64,000 nucleotides of DNA from an uncultured Candidatus Saccharibacteria bacterium. GTDB taxonomy: Bacteria > Patescibacteriota > Doudnabacteria > UBA920 > 2-01-FULL-46-14. This document shows positions 55,394 to 64,000 of the stretch, piece after piece (the stretch's first letter is position 1; each line of letters starts with the position of its first letter). Location: assembly GCA_964360335.1 (NCBI GenBank), contig CAYHVH010000002.1, positions 804 through 64,803 of the forward strand, given 5' to 3'. The notes beneath the pieces were generated by a model. The model was not told the DNA's origin. It saw only the letters and a list, made by a program, of their open reading frames with translations, and did no database searches. Both the position numbers and the translations under genes were made by a program.

Positions 55394-56584
55394 ATGAAAA
55401 AAGTTCATCCTGAGCGTAGCCGAAGGATTCTGGTAGCAATGAGCGGGGGTGTGGACTCTTCGGTGGCGGCGGCCTTGCTAAAAAAGCAAGGTTATCTAGT
55501 GGTGGGCGCGTATATGAAAAACTTCTCCGAAGAGTCCTGGAAAGGAGTGATCAAAGCCGATTGTCCATGGCGGCAGGACCTCGCGGACGCCCGCGCAGTC
55601 TGCGAACTTTTGGGAATTGAGCTTCGGAGCTTTAATTTCGAAAAAGAGTATTCAGAAAAGGTCATCGAATACTTTTTCGCCGAGTATGCCGCCGGCCGGA
55701 CTCCCAATCCCGACATCAAGTGCAATAAAGAAATTAAATTTGGCTTATTTTTGGAAAAGGCCCTGGGGTTAGGCTTTGATTATATCGCCACCGGACATTA
55801 TGCGCGGATTCGAAAGGCTAACGCCCCCCAACCCCCGCTTAAGGTAAGAGGGGGAGAGGGGGAGTTATGCCTTCTCAAAGGCCGCGACCCTCAAAAAGAT
55901 CAGTCTTACTTTCTCTACACCCTCACCCAAAACCAACTCGCTCGGACTTTATTTCCGATCGGCAAGTACACCAAGCTCCAAGTCCGGGCCTTGGCGCGAA
56001 AATTCGGCCTCCCCAACGCCGAAAAAAAGGACTCGCAGGGAGTGTGCTTTGTCGGGCACATCAACTTACGCGAATTCTTGAAGCAGCGAATACCCGAAAG
56101 GGTAGGGGAGATTGTTACGACTTCCGGACAAGTCATTGGATCTCATCATGGCGCTGCCTACTTTACGATTGGCCAAAGGGAAGGAATAGGAATTGGCGGC
56201 GGTAGCCCTTATTATGTTGTGCAAAAGGACGTCATAAAGAATCGGGTAGTCGTCGCACGAAAAACTTTAGTCCCTGAGCTTGCCCCCCCGCCGAAGCCAG
56301 GCGAAGGCTGGGTCGAGGGGCCACCGACTTTGTATTCAAAATCCGTGATGGTCAAGGACATTCACTGGATTGGTGAAAAACCCAAACTGCCGCTTAAGTG
56401 TTCTGCCAAAATCCGCTACCAGCAAGAAGATCAGGAGTGCGCTGTATTTCCCTCCCCAGGCGTGGGGAGGGTAGGGGAGAGGTCGCTCTTGGTCAAATTC
56501 AAAATCCCCCAGTTCGCCCCTGCTCCCGGCCAGGCGGTAGTGTTTTATGACGGCGAAAAGGTCTTAGGAGGCGGTACTATTTAA
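55394..56584 (+). CDS. mnmA: tRNA-specific 2-thiouridylase MnmA
   Basis: PP-loop VAMSGGVDSSVAA; catalytic Cys region; DQSYFLY. About 35 aa longer than typical because it contains two GC-rich palindrome-encoded segments. Confidence 0.9.
   Translation: MKKVHPERSRRILVAMSGGVDSSVAAALLKKQGYLVVGAYMKNFSEESWKGVIKADCPWRQDLADARAVCELLGIELRSFNFEKEYSEKVIEYFFAEYAAGRTPNPDIKCNKEIKFGLFLEKALGLGFDYIATGHYARIRKANAPQPPLKVRGGEGELCLLKGRDPQKDQSYFLYTLTQNQLARTLFPIGKYTKLQVRALARKFGLPNAEKKDSQGVCFVGHINLREFLKQRIPERVGEIVTTSGQVIGSHHGAAYFTIGQREGIGIGGGSPYYVVQKDVIKNRVVVARKTLVPELAPPPKPGEGWVEGPPTLYSKSVMVKDIHWIGEKPKLPLKCSAKIRYQQEDQECAVFPSPGVGRVGERSLLVKFKIPQFAPAPGQAVVFYDGEKVLGGGTI
55822..55864 (+). repeat. GC-rich palindrome variant (in-frame inside mnmA), copy g
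   Basis: cccccaacccccgcttaaggtaagagggggagagggggag: arms ccccc(aa)ccccc / ggggg(aga)ggggg around a 13-nt loop. It encodes NAPQPPLKVRGGEGE. Confidence 0.55.
56444..56480 (+). repeat. GC-rich palindromic element, copy f (in-frame inside mnmA)
   Basis: tttccctccccaggcgtggggagggtaggggagagg, with a perfect 8-bp stem ccctcccc / ggggaggg and loop aggcgt (same subtype as copy c). It encodes [12 protein letters not shown]. Confidence 0.75.
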
Positions 56585-56707
56585 GAAGTTTCCGCTTGCT
56601 CACTTTTGCGCGATCGCACAAAAGTTGACAATCAAAAAACGGCTCAACCGACGGTTGAGCCGTTTTGCGGACTAGATTCTTCGCTACGCTCAGAATGACG
56701 AGAAAAA

Positions 56708-58843
56708 CTAAACCAAAAACCTCACAATCAGCAAGGCGACGATATTGATGATTTTAATCATCGGGTTGATGGCTGGCCCGGCTGTGTCTTTGTACGGATC
56801 GCCGACCGTGTCGCCGGTGACAGCCGCGGCGTGGGCCGGGGAGCCCTTGCCGTCCAGGTTTCCTTCCTCAATAAACTTTTTGGCATTGTCCCAAGCTGCC
56901 CCGCCGGAAGTCATGGAGATTGCCACAAACAGGCCAGTGATGATGGAACCCACGAGTAATCCGCCGAGGGCCTTGGGGCCAAGCGTAAAACCAACTAAAA
57001 TCGGCACGGCGACCGGCAGCAGTGCTGGAATTATCATCTCCTTAATTGCGGCCCGGGTTACAATATCAACTGCCCGGGCATAATCCGGCTTTGTCGTGCC
57101 TGCCATAATTCCTTTGATTTCCCGAAATTGCCGCCGGACTTCTTCTACTACGGCGCTCCCGGCTTTCCCCACCGCCCGCATGGCCATCGAGCCGAAAAGA
57201 TAGGGAAGGAGCGCGCCGATTAAAAGTCCCGCCAAAACTTCCACATCAGACAATTCGAACGCAAGACGCGCTCCTAGACCAGCCAGTTCCTGGGTATACG
57301 CGCCAAACAGGACAAGTGCGGCAAGGCCAGCCGACGCGATAGCATAGCCCTTGGTCACGGCCTTCGTGGTATTACCAACGGCATCCAGAGCGTCGGTTAC
57401 TTTTCGCACATCGTCCGGGAGATGAGCCATTTCCGCAATTCCACCAGCGTTGTCCGTGATTGGGCCAAATGCATCAACCGCAACGATGATACCAGTAAGT
57501 GACAGGAGCGCTACGACAGCAATGCCTACTCCATAGATGCCCGCTAAGCCAAAACTCACCAGAATCCCGGCAACGATCAGAAGGGCAGGTAATGCGGTCG
57601 ACTCCATGCTCATCGCAAGACCGGTGATGATGTTTGTGCCATGCCCGGTCGTCGAAGATTTGGCAATTGACTGTACGGGACGGAATTTTTTTGAGGTGTA
57701 ATATTCGGTTATAACAAACATCCCCAGGGCGATTAAAAGTCCAACAGCGGAAGCCAAAAAGACATGACTAGGAGACGGCAAATTGACGAGCTCGCATTTC
57801 GCTCCGACCATGTCCGGGCAGCCGCCACTGATTTGTCCGTTGATCAGAAAGTAATCCCCTATGTACATCGAGTCAAAGCTTTTCAGGCCAAGAGCGGTTG
57901 GGTTGGCAATCACGTAGTAGAAACCTAATAGCCCCAGCATCCCGCTAACTAGGAGACCCTTATAGAGCGCAGTCATAATCTTTAGCTTTTCTGATTTCGG
58001 GAGTCTCACGAAAAAAGAACCAATAATGGAAGCGAATATTGCGATGCCCCCCATAACCAAAGGCAGGTTCACCACTCCGGCCGAGCCTGGATACAGGAGT
58101 TTTCCAAGAAGCATCACAGACAGGAGAGAAACTACGTAAGTCTCGAAAAGGTCCGCGGCCATGCCTGCGCAATCACCGACATTGTCACCCACATTATCCG
58201 CAATGACTCCTGGATTGCGCGGGTCGTCCTCCGGGATACCCGCCTCAATTTTCCCTACCAAGTCCGCGCCGACATCCGCGCCTTTGGTGAAAATTCCGCC
58301 GCCTAAGCGGGCAAAAACAGAAATGAGCGAGCCGCCAAAGCCCAGACCGACCAACGCTTTCAAGTCCCCGGTTACGGCGTAAAATCCGGCGACGGACAGC
58401 AAAGCCAGGCCTACCACCAGGAAACCGGTAACCGAGCCGCCCTTGAAGGCCAAGTGCAACGCCTGCGCAAGTCCGCTTTTCGCCGCCTCGGCAGTCCGGA
58501 CATTAGCCCGCACTGATACACTCATTCCAATATACCCGGCCAAAGCCGAAGCGACAGCGCCCACCAGAAACGCCAGAGCGGTCGAACCGTTGAGCAGAAG
58601 CCAAATCAGAATGGCGAGGACCACAGCCACAATCCCGACCGCGAGATATTGCCTCTTGAGATACGCTCTCGCGCCCTCCTGAATGGCCGCGGCAATACTT
58701 CGCATTTTTTCATCACCAGCCGGCTTCTGGACGATTTGATAGGTCAAAAGCAAACCGTAACCGATAGCCAGAAGCGACGAAATGATCGCAAACCCTAAAA
58801 CACTCATAATATTAAAAAAATTAACTTCTCGCCATAACTTCAA
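56708..58843 (-). CDS. hppA: Membrane-bound proton/sodium-translocating pyrophosphatase (V-PPase / HppA)
   Basis: 711 aa, ~15 TM. Signature [41 protein letters not shown]. Confidence 0.9.
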   Translation of the reverse strand: MKLWREVNFFNIMSVLGFAIISSLLAIGYGLLLTYQIVQKPAGDEKMRSIAAAIQEGARAYLKRQYLAVGIVAVVLAILIWLLLNGSTALAFLVGAVASALAGYIGMSVSVRANVRTAEAAKSGLAQALHLAFKGGSVTGFLVVGLALLSVAGFYAVTGDLKALVGLGFGGSLISVFARLGGGIFTKGADVGADLVGKIEAGIPEDDPRNPGVIADNVGDNVGDCAGMAADLFETYVVSLLSVMLLGKLLYPGSAGVVNLPLVMGGIAIFASIIGSFFVRLPKSEKLKIMTALYKGLLVSGMLGLLGFYYVIANPTALGLKSFDSMYIGDYFLINGQISGGCPDMVGAKCELVNLPSPSHVFLASAVGLLIALGMFVITEYYTSKKFRPVQSIAKSSTTGHGTNIITGLAMSMESTALPALLIVAGILVSFGLAGIYGVGIAVVALLSLTGIIVAVDAFGPITDNAGGIAEMAHLPDDVRKVTDALDAVGNTTKAVTKGYAIASAGLAALVLFGAYTQELAGLGARLAFELSDVEVLAGLLIGALLPYLFGSMAMRAVGKAGSAVVEEVRRQFREIKGIMAGTTKPDYARAVDIVTRAAIKEMIIPALLPVAVPILVGFTLGPKALGGLLVGSIITGLFVAISMTSGGAAWDNAKKFIEEGNLDGKGSPAHAAAVTGDTVGDPYKDTAGPAINPMIKIINIVALLIVRFLV

Positions 58844-58988
58844 TTACCCTAATTCTAGCCAAAAAGGGGGCGAACACGCAAATCTCTGAAAAACTTATCC
58901 ACACAGAATTTTGGCGCTCCCGGAAGCTTTCTTTTATAATGGATGTGAAAAAAGATGCAGGCGAGACTGAAGCCCAGAAGGAAAGGGG

Positions 58989-59360
58989 GTGATTAGCAAG
59001 ATGGCAAAAACGTTTGCAATGTTAGTAGGATGGGTACTGGTTATTGTTGGAGTTCTCAACTTCTTTGTAGAACCGATTAGACTTCTGCCCGCGCACGGTG
59101 TGTTTCACATTGCCGCCGGTGCTTTAGGTATTTGGGCCGCCAAAAGCCACGCTGTAGGATATGCGATGTGGGTCGGAATTATCGGGGTGGTGTTGGCAGT
59201 TTTGGGATTCTTTGGACTCACAAACGTCCTCGATTTGATTAATCTCCCTACCTGGATCAACGTCATTCACCTGGTCTTGGGAATCTGGGGTCTGTGGACG
59301 TACTGGGCGGCAACCAAGAAACCAGCTGCGACCGGAGCCGGTCCCGCCGGGGCGATGTAG
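58989..59360 (+). CDS. Small 4-TM membrane protein (DUF4383-like), hypothetical
   Basis: 123 aa with four hydrophobic helices. The family guess is from composition only. Confidence 0.45.
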   Translation: MISKMAKTFAMLVGWVLVIVGVLNFFVEPIRLLPAHGVFHIAAGALGIWAAKSHAVGYAMWVGIIGVVLAVLGFFGLTNVLDLINLPTWINVIHLVLGIWGLWTYWAATKKPAATGAGPAGAM

Positions 59361-59481
59361 TTAGTCTAGAAATTTGCGATAAACCCCGCACCACTTTTGC
59401 TTAGGTTCGGGTCGGTAGTTATGGTAATCCGAGGATTTCTCGTCGCTTATCCTAAAAAGCATACTCCGTTCAAAAGTCGTC

Positions 59482-59510
59482 GGGGTAAACCAAAAACCCT
59501 CGCTCCTAGC
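59482..59510. terminator. Bidirectional rho-independent terminator
   Basis: aaaaa-ccctcgct-cct-agcggggg-ttttt: an A5 / 8-bp stem / T5 arrangement. It lies downstream of both the + strand membrane gene and the minus-strand small ORF. Confidence 0.65.
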
Positions 59511-59521
59511 GGGGGTTTTTG

Positions 59522-59689
59522 TCATTCCTGACGCGGTTTCTTGAAGACAGCAAACATTTCCTGCCGGTAGCGATACAAGAAATAGAACATTGCCAATATT
59601 ACCAGGGCAAATTCCAGCTGGTGAAGATAGTGTACGAGCCACTCCTGAAGGGGATTGGTTGTTGCTCGCGAAGGAAGCTCGTGATGCAT
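59522..59689 (-). CDS. Small hydrophobic peptide, hypothetical (co-transcribed with the RRM protein gene?)
   Basis: 55 codons from the ATG (complement of 59687-59689): MHHELPSRATTNPLQEWLVHYLHQLEFALVILAMFYFLYRYRQEMFAVFKKPRQE, with one TM. It ends 12 nt before the terminator. The track start is an upstream TTG. Confidence 0.3.
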   Translation of the reverse strand: MHHELPSRATTNPLQEWLVHYLHQLEFALVILAMFYFLYRYRQEMFAVFKKPRQE

Positions 59690-59744
59690 AGAAAGGCAAA
59701 CTCCGCCCTCGATAAGCTCGGGGCGGAGTCGCAAGTCTCAAACC

Positions 59745-60071
59745 TTAAAAACTATCCTGCCGTGATCCGTAGCCGCCTCTGCCACCGCCGCGGTCGCCGA
59801 AATTTCGGCGGGGGGCGCGGGGCTGCAAGGGACGGGCTTCGTTGACCACAATCTTTCTGCCTTCGATCTCATAGCCATTGAGCATTTCAACAGCCTTGTC
59901 CGACTCCTCGTCGGATGACATCTCGACAAACCCGAAGCCTTTGGACCGGCCGGAGAATTTGTCGGTGATGACGGAGGCAGAAGAGACGGTGCCTGCTTGG
60001 GAAAAAAGATCCTGCAGGTCGCGATCAGTGGTTTTGTAAGGAAGACTCCCTACGAAAAGCCGTTTGGTCAC
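59745..60071 (-). CDS. RRM-domain RNA-binding protein with Gly/Arg-rich C-terminus
   Basis: RNP-2 LFVGSL and RNP-1 KGFGFVEM; C-terminal RGGGRGGYG. Probable GTG start at 60071 (VTKRLFVGSL) with AAGGA 9 nt upstream. The track start is an upstream ATG at 60116. Confidence 0.75.
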   Translation of the reverse strand: MTKRLFVGSLPYKTTDRDLQDLFSQAGTVSSASVITDKFSGRSKGFGFVEMSSDEESDKAVEMLNGYEIEGRKIVVNEARPLQPRAPRRNFGDRGGGRGGYGSRQDSF

Positions 60072-60373
60072 TTCTCTGTCCTTATTTAGCACGAGTAGGG
60101 GTCCGAACAAAACCACACTAACTAGTTGCTAACTTGTTAAGATTCAAGCAGTTCACGGGTCCGCGAACGGATGTGTGTTCGTACTGCCTCCGCAGTATAA
60201 CCCACAGCGCCAAATAAATCAAGTGCGTGAGGGTTTTCTGGCAAAAAGCCCCTGCACGAAGCTCTTGGTCAGGTGGACGAGCTGCCGCATAAACAAAAAC
60301 GCGGCAACTGCCGTATTTAGCCGCGCTCGCCGGTCATACCATTGCCAAAACCTCTTCATCCCCAGGGGAGAAA

Positions 60374-60631
60374 CTAGAGGCTGTTCAAGTCAGCATCGAC
60401 CGCCTGAAATTCGGCGTCCAGATCCCCAAGGTTAAGAGTCCCGAGATCCTGCTCAATACTCATGGTCTGGTCGTCTGGTGCCGCCGAGAGGTCCTGCTGC
60501 CCGGCCGGGGGTGTGGCCAGTGGTTGAGGAGATCCCTTCCGGCCCGGCCCGATAAACTGGGTGAAGAGCAGGGCCAAGACCGTCACCGCGACGATGAAGA
60601 CCACCAGAAAAATTAGTTTTTTGTAATTCAT
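60374..60631 (-). CDS. Small membrane-anchored acidic protein, hypothetical
   Basis: N-terminal TM (LIFLVVFIVAVTVLALLF), then an acidic Pro/Gln-rich tail. ATGA overlap with the upstream gene. Confidence 0.45.
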   Translation of the reverse strand: MNYKKLIFLVVFIVAVTVLALLFTQFIGPGRKGSPQPLATPPAGQQDLSAAPDDQTMSIEQDLGTLNLGDLDAEFQAVDADLNSL

Positions 60632-61497
60632 GGCAATAACTGGCTGGTTGAAGTGTTCTCGGCTTCATCTTCAGGTTCGATGTCGACTCGGGGAATTTTC
60701 GCCAAGGAAACGGCGGCGTTACGGACCGCGTCATGGGCCGCTTTTACCGTCTGGCGAACCCGCCGCAAATCGGCGTGGAGCGCCTGCCTGGCTTTGCCGA
60801 CATCAACGCGTAAAGCCCCTTCGGTGCTGATCACAATCTCATAGGTCTTGCCTGCCTGAGTTTCGACTGCAGAGCGGCTCGCCCGGATGGCCTCGTCCGC
60901 CTCCGTGATGGCCTGCCGAACGGCGCTCACGTCCAAACCCCGTTCGGCCGCCTTGTCGGCCCGGCTACTCACTCGCTCCAAAATTCCCTCAAGCTTGTCC
61001 AGAACATTCGATAAGTGATTCAGGACCCGCTTGTTCAGCTCGTCTAGCTGCTCGTCAATGCGTTCCACGACCCGCTTTTTCCGCTCGTCCCGAATCTTCG
61101 CCAAACGGGCTTTGAGCTCTTCGCGCTTTTCTCTAATCCGTGCTTCCAAATCCTCCCGCTTCTCCTCCAGACGCTGCTGAAATTCATCGCGACGTTCTTG
61201 AAATTTCTCCTTCAGTTCCTCGCGTTTCTCCTGGAGGCGATTCTTCAATTCCTCAAGCCGTTTTTCCCGCTCCTCGTCATCCAGACGGCCGTCTCGCGGG
61301 GTACTCGTGGCGTTGAGGGCACCCACGCGCCGAGTTTCGGTCCCGACTTCCTGGCCTGCTTCCCTTACTCGACTCTGACCCTGCTGCGCGGCCTCTTGCC
61401 TCGACTTCGGGGGTCGGATCTCATTCGTTTGAGCCAAAGCCGGGGAGGCCAGCAAAAAAACGAGGAGGAAGATAGCGAGAATTTTTGTTTCAGTCAT
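60628..61497 (-). CDS. Secreted charged coiled-coil repeat protein, hypothetical
   Basis: Signal peptide (ILAIFLLVFLLASPALA), then repeated EKREELK / ERRDEFQQRLEEKREDLEARIREKREELKARL heptad-like repeats. Confidence 0.55.
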   Translation of the reverse strand: MTETKILAIFLLVFLLASPALAQTNEIRPPKSRQEAAQQGQSRVREAGQEVGTETRRVGALNATSTPRDGRLDDEEREKRLEELKNRLQEKREELKEKFQERRDEFQQRLEEKREDLEARIREKREELKARLAKIRDERKKRVVERIDEQLDELNKRVLNHLSNVLDKLEGILERVSSRADKAAERGLDVSAVRQAITEADEAIRASRSAVETQAGKTYEIVISTEGALRVDVGKARQALHADLRRVRQTVKAAHDAVRNAAVSLAKIPRVDIEPEDEAENTSTSQLLP

Positions 61498-61550
61498 ACC
61501 TGCATTAAAGACTAAGGTCTAAGGCTTTGTCAAAAAATCAGTGGATAAAT

Positions 61551-62030
61551 TTAGTCTGTTTTCTGGAGCGGGGGATAAAAATCTTTATCGATTGTTCGCT
61601 CGAAGCATATATAACCCACGGCGTGATCCCAAGCCTCAACCCCAGAGTACGGAGCGACCGGTCGCGGTCCTTTGGCCGGAATGAAGGCTTCTGGTTCTCG
61701 TCCACTGGCAGACGGGCTCGAGCGGAGAAAGGTTGCGCAGAGGGCGAAGGTCAGGGGACCTCTAACCTCGTAGCCATACTCCGCGCCTGTCTGCGGATCG
61801 AGCGGCACTACTGTCCCGCGAATGTCATCTCGGAGATCAAGAAGTCTCGCCGGCAGGCGATCTTTACCTTGCCAGTAATAAATGATTTCCGACTGCAGAT
61901 ACTGAAGGTTCTGCACGCGTCGTTCGTCAAAACTGCGCAGACGCTGGTCCTGCGGGGAGCCGACGACAAAAAATCCCGCAATAACAGAAGCGGTGACAAC
62001 GGCAATGATGAGGTAGATGAAGTACTTCAT
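61551..62030 (-). CDS. N-terminally anchored hypothetical protein
   Basis: Start at Met67 of the track ORF (MKYFIYLIIAVVTASVIAGFFVVG). The upstream extension is Arg-rich and low-complexity, and is rejected. Confidence 0.45.
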   Translation of the reverse strand: MKYFIYLIIAVVTASVIAGFFVVGSPQDQRLRSFDERRVQNLQYLQSEIIYYWQGKDRLPARLLDLRDDIRGTVVPLDPQTGAEYGYEVRGPLTFALCATFLRSSPSASGREPEAFIPAKGPRPVAPYSGVEAWDHAVGYICFERTIDKDFYPPLQKTD

Positions 62031-62035
62031 CGGAA

Positions 62036-62560
62036 CTAACCCTCGTCCTTGTGTTTGCGCAGATCCCAGAGATAGTAGGAAAAAACTGAAACCGCGATAA
62101 ACATGACGGTCAGAATTTTCAGGATAAACCGCCATGTCAGATCGCCGCCGAGGAGGCTGTAAACGAGCGTTACCAAATCGACAATGATGATTATCGCGGC
62201 GAGAAACAGCGTGAGATAAATGAGCCACTTCCGGGTGCGCAAATTGAGCTTCTCGGGGCTCGCGGAGTAGATTTTGTTGAGGTACCGCGTCACCAGGACA
62301 TAGGTCGGAAAAACTATGATCAGGGAGGCAATAGATAACCGAATGGAGTTATAAGCGGCCGACAGCGAATAAGAGTTGCCCCCTTCTAGCGGATCCGGGA
62401 TGCCGATGTTGATGTACTGGAAGATGAGAAGCCCGAATCGAATCGCGCTGAAGTACAGGGTAAAAATCGCCAGGAGATGCAAAAATACATCCTTTGGCCC
62501 GGTTTTAGGTCTTGGTGTTTGTTGCAAAAATGGCTCTGCCATGCAGTTCCAATTTAGCAT
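62036..62560 (-). CDS. 4-TM membrane protein, hypothetical
   Basis: 174 aa with four hydrophobic helices. 5 nt from the downstream gene. Confidence 0.45.
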   Translation of the reverse strand: MLNWNCMAEPFLQQTPRPKTGPKDVFLHLLAIFTLYFSAIRFGLLIFQYINIGIPDPLEGGNSYSLSAAYNSIRLSIASLIIVFPTYVLVTRYLNKIYSASPEKLNLRTRKWLIYLTLFLAAIIIIVDLVTLVYSLLGGDLTWRFILKILTVMFIAVSVFSYYLWDLRKHKDEG

Positions 62561-62580
62561 ATCCGATCTCGAAGTGCAAA

Positions 62581-63978
62581 TCAGGCGTGGTAGGTTTCGG
62601 TATAACCCGGGAAGTAATCCCGCTTGATGTTTCCCGAGGCCACTCCCATACCGGACAGCATTTTTTCAAAGGCCTCAACCATCGGTTCCGGCCCGGAAAC
62701 ATAAAACCGGGCGGTTTGCCAGTCCGGTACTTCGGCCCGAATCATTTCCTGGTCCACAAATCCCACGCGCCCGGCCCAGTCCTTAGGCGCTTCTAGCTTA
62801 TCGGTGAGAACATAGATGACCTCGAGCCGCAATTTCCGGCTTCCCTCCTCAAAAATTTCCCGAAACGCGACGTCCTTTGCGGTTTTGCAGGAATAAAGCA
62901 GAGTGATTTTGTAGCTTGTGTTTTGCCGGTCCGAAAGGTCCTTAATCATGCTGCGGAAGGGCGTAATGCCGATGCCGCCGGCGATAAAAACGCACGGTTG
63001 ACTTGGAGTGGGCGGGAGTACAAATTCTCCCTCCCGATTGGAGACAATGATGTCGTCGCCGGCCTTAAGGGCGTTCAGGGCTTTTTTGAAACTGCTGGAG
63101 TCAGGCGAGAATTTCGTGGCGAGAAGAATACGACTTTCCGTCGGCGAGGAAGCAATTGTGAAATAACGGCGCACGCCGCGGCTATCAGGATGGGAGTGTG
63201 GTAAGGTCCACTCCAAAAACTGGCCGGCCGTAAAGGGAAAGGGATGCTGAGGTTCAAACCAAAAGGCAGAGGTATTGGCCGCAACCTCCTGTTTCCGCCT
63301 CAGAGTCAGGACCAACCGCGGATCCTGGCTCACGAACCGGGCCACCAGGTTGCCAACGAGAAGAGAAAGCTCCAAACCGTAAGAAATTTGCGCAAAATAT
63401 TTCTGGAGGATTACTGCGACCGCGGCAATCAGAAAGCCGTAACCCAGGCGCCAGCGGCGATCCTGCGGGCCGGTCAGGGGCTCCACCAACATCACGAAAG
63501 AGAAAAAGAGCAGGGGAGAAAACAGGAAGAGATTTTTTGCCGCGTTTAACGTTTGAACTAGAGGCTGCCCTCCTAGAAAAGCAAACAGCACATAAAAAAC
63601 CAAGTAACCCAAAAGAAACGAACCCACTAAATGGAACCGCCGGATTTTGGCGACCACGAGAAGGCCCCCCAGAAGCACGAACGGCAGGAGAATCTGATGC
63701 CCCACCCACCAGCTGGCCCCCTCGCCCAGAAAAAGCGCCACCGCGACGGCCGCGAAAGCGGCCGGATTGAAAATGTGCCGCCGCTTGATGACCAGCAGAT
63801 ATTTCGAAGCCATGGCAATTGCCGCGAGCGCTGTCAAAAACCAAAAATTCGAGGCGACAGAGAGCGGCCCGACAATCAGGGTGAGAATCAAGGCGGTTAT
63901 CGACCGGGATTCCAAATTCGGCCGGGTCCGGAACAGAAAAGCCAACAGCCGATTGGCGAGATAACAAATCAGCACCAA
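62581..63978 (-). CDS. Membrane-anchored FAD/NAD(P)-binding oxidoreductase (ferredoxin-reductase-type FNR module fused to a 6-TM domain)
   Basis: FAD motif RRYFTIAS (RxY[ST]); NAD(P) motif FIAGGIGITP; C-terminal YVSGPEPMVE. N-terminal ~230 aa is polytopic membrane. Confidence 0.7.
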   Translation of the reverse strand: MVLICYLANRLLAFLFRTRPNLESRSITALILTLIVGPLSVASNFWFLTALAAIAMASKYLLVIKRRHIFNPAAFAAVAVALFLGEGASWWVGHQILLPFVLLGGLLVVAKIRRFHLVGSFLLGYLVFYVLFAFLGGQPLVQTLNAAKNLFLFSPLLFFSFVMLVEPLTGPQDRRWRLGYGFLIAAVAVILQKYFAQISYGLELSLLVGNLVARFVSQDPRLVLTLRRKQEVAANTSAFWFEPQHPFPFTAGQFLEWTLPHSHPDSRGVRRYFTIASSPTESRILLATKFSPDSSSFKKALNALKAGDDIIVSNREGEFVLPPTPSQPCVFIAGGIGITPFRSMIKDLSDRQNTSYKITLLYSCKTAKDVAFREIFEEGSRKLRLEVIYVLTDKLEAPKDWAGRVGFVDQEMIRAEVPDWQTARFYVSGPEPMVEAFEKMLSGMGVASGNIKRDYFPGYTETYHA

Positions 63979-64000
63979 AAAAGCCCCGGAGGAGAGAATA

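Noticed and set aside
59361-59741. 126-aa minus-strand ORF 59361-59741
   Set aside because: It runs through the bidirectional terminator hairpin at 59482-59510 and overlaps the convergent upstream gene region. The shorter 55-codon ORF in another frame that stops just before the terminator is more plausible, though still low confidence.
62036-62228. N-terminal 66-codon extension of track ORF 61551-62228
   Set aside because: The extension is Arg-rich and overlaps the downstream-strand neighbour 62036-62560. A signal/TM-like N-terminus begins at the internal ATG (62028-62030), so this gene was shortened to 61551-62030.

Overview
This 64-kb window appears to come from a streamlined bacterium, possibly CPR/Patescibacteria-like. 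That placement is inference from gene content only (a CarS-like lipid enzyme, weak Shine-Dalgarno usage, several apparently leaderless starts); no search was run. The left ~12 kb is a tandem array of at least 7 highly divergent paralogs that all end in a near-identical PEP-utilising-enzyme phosphohistidine 'swivel' domain. The array is interrupted by a Phd/YefM-RelE toxin-antitoxin pair, a HAD hydrolase, a phosphoribosyltransferase and a SixA-like histidine phosphatase. Downstream come a VanZ-like protein, an NAD(P)HX dehydratase, a PIN protein, a UvrD-like helicase-nuclease, a CAP-domain protein, a pheS gene apparently split by an inserted Ca-binding-repeat protein gene, gyrB, and a HAD + NeuB-like two-gene cassette flanked by a second copy of the gyrB 3' end. 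After that: secE-nusG-rplK-rplA, dcd-dut-tmk-thyA-folA, prfB with the classic +1 programmed frameshift, ftsEX, rplI, pyrG, rpmA, an RNA methyltransferase, a PHP/CDP-alcohol-phosphatidyltransferase fusion next to a CarS-like gene, secA, secDF, an HTH / membrane / T4CP-like ATPase trio, a CsoR-type copper P-type ATPase island, mnmA, a H+-pyrophosphatase, an RRM protein and several membrane or exported hypotheticals. Several short repeat families are visible: GC-rich palindromes that sit in-frame inside coding genes, ~85-nt long-hairpin intergenic elements, a ~120-165-nt structured 5' leader shared by rplK and rpmA, and a tandem structured repeat upstream of secE. All family calls are from motif recognition by eye. 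Start codons are best estimates, and the ORF track uses TTG/GTG starts in places.
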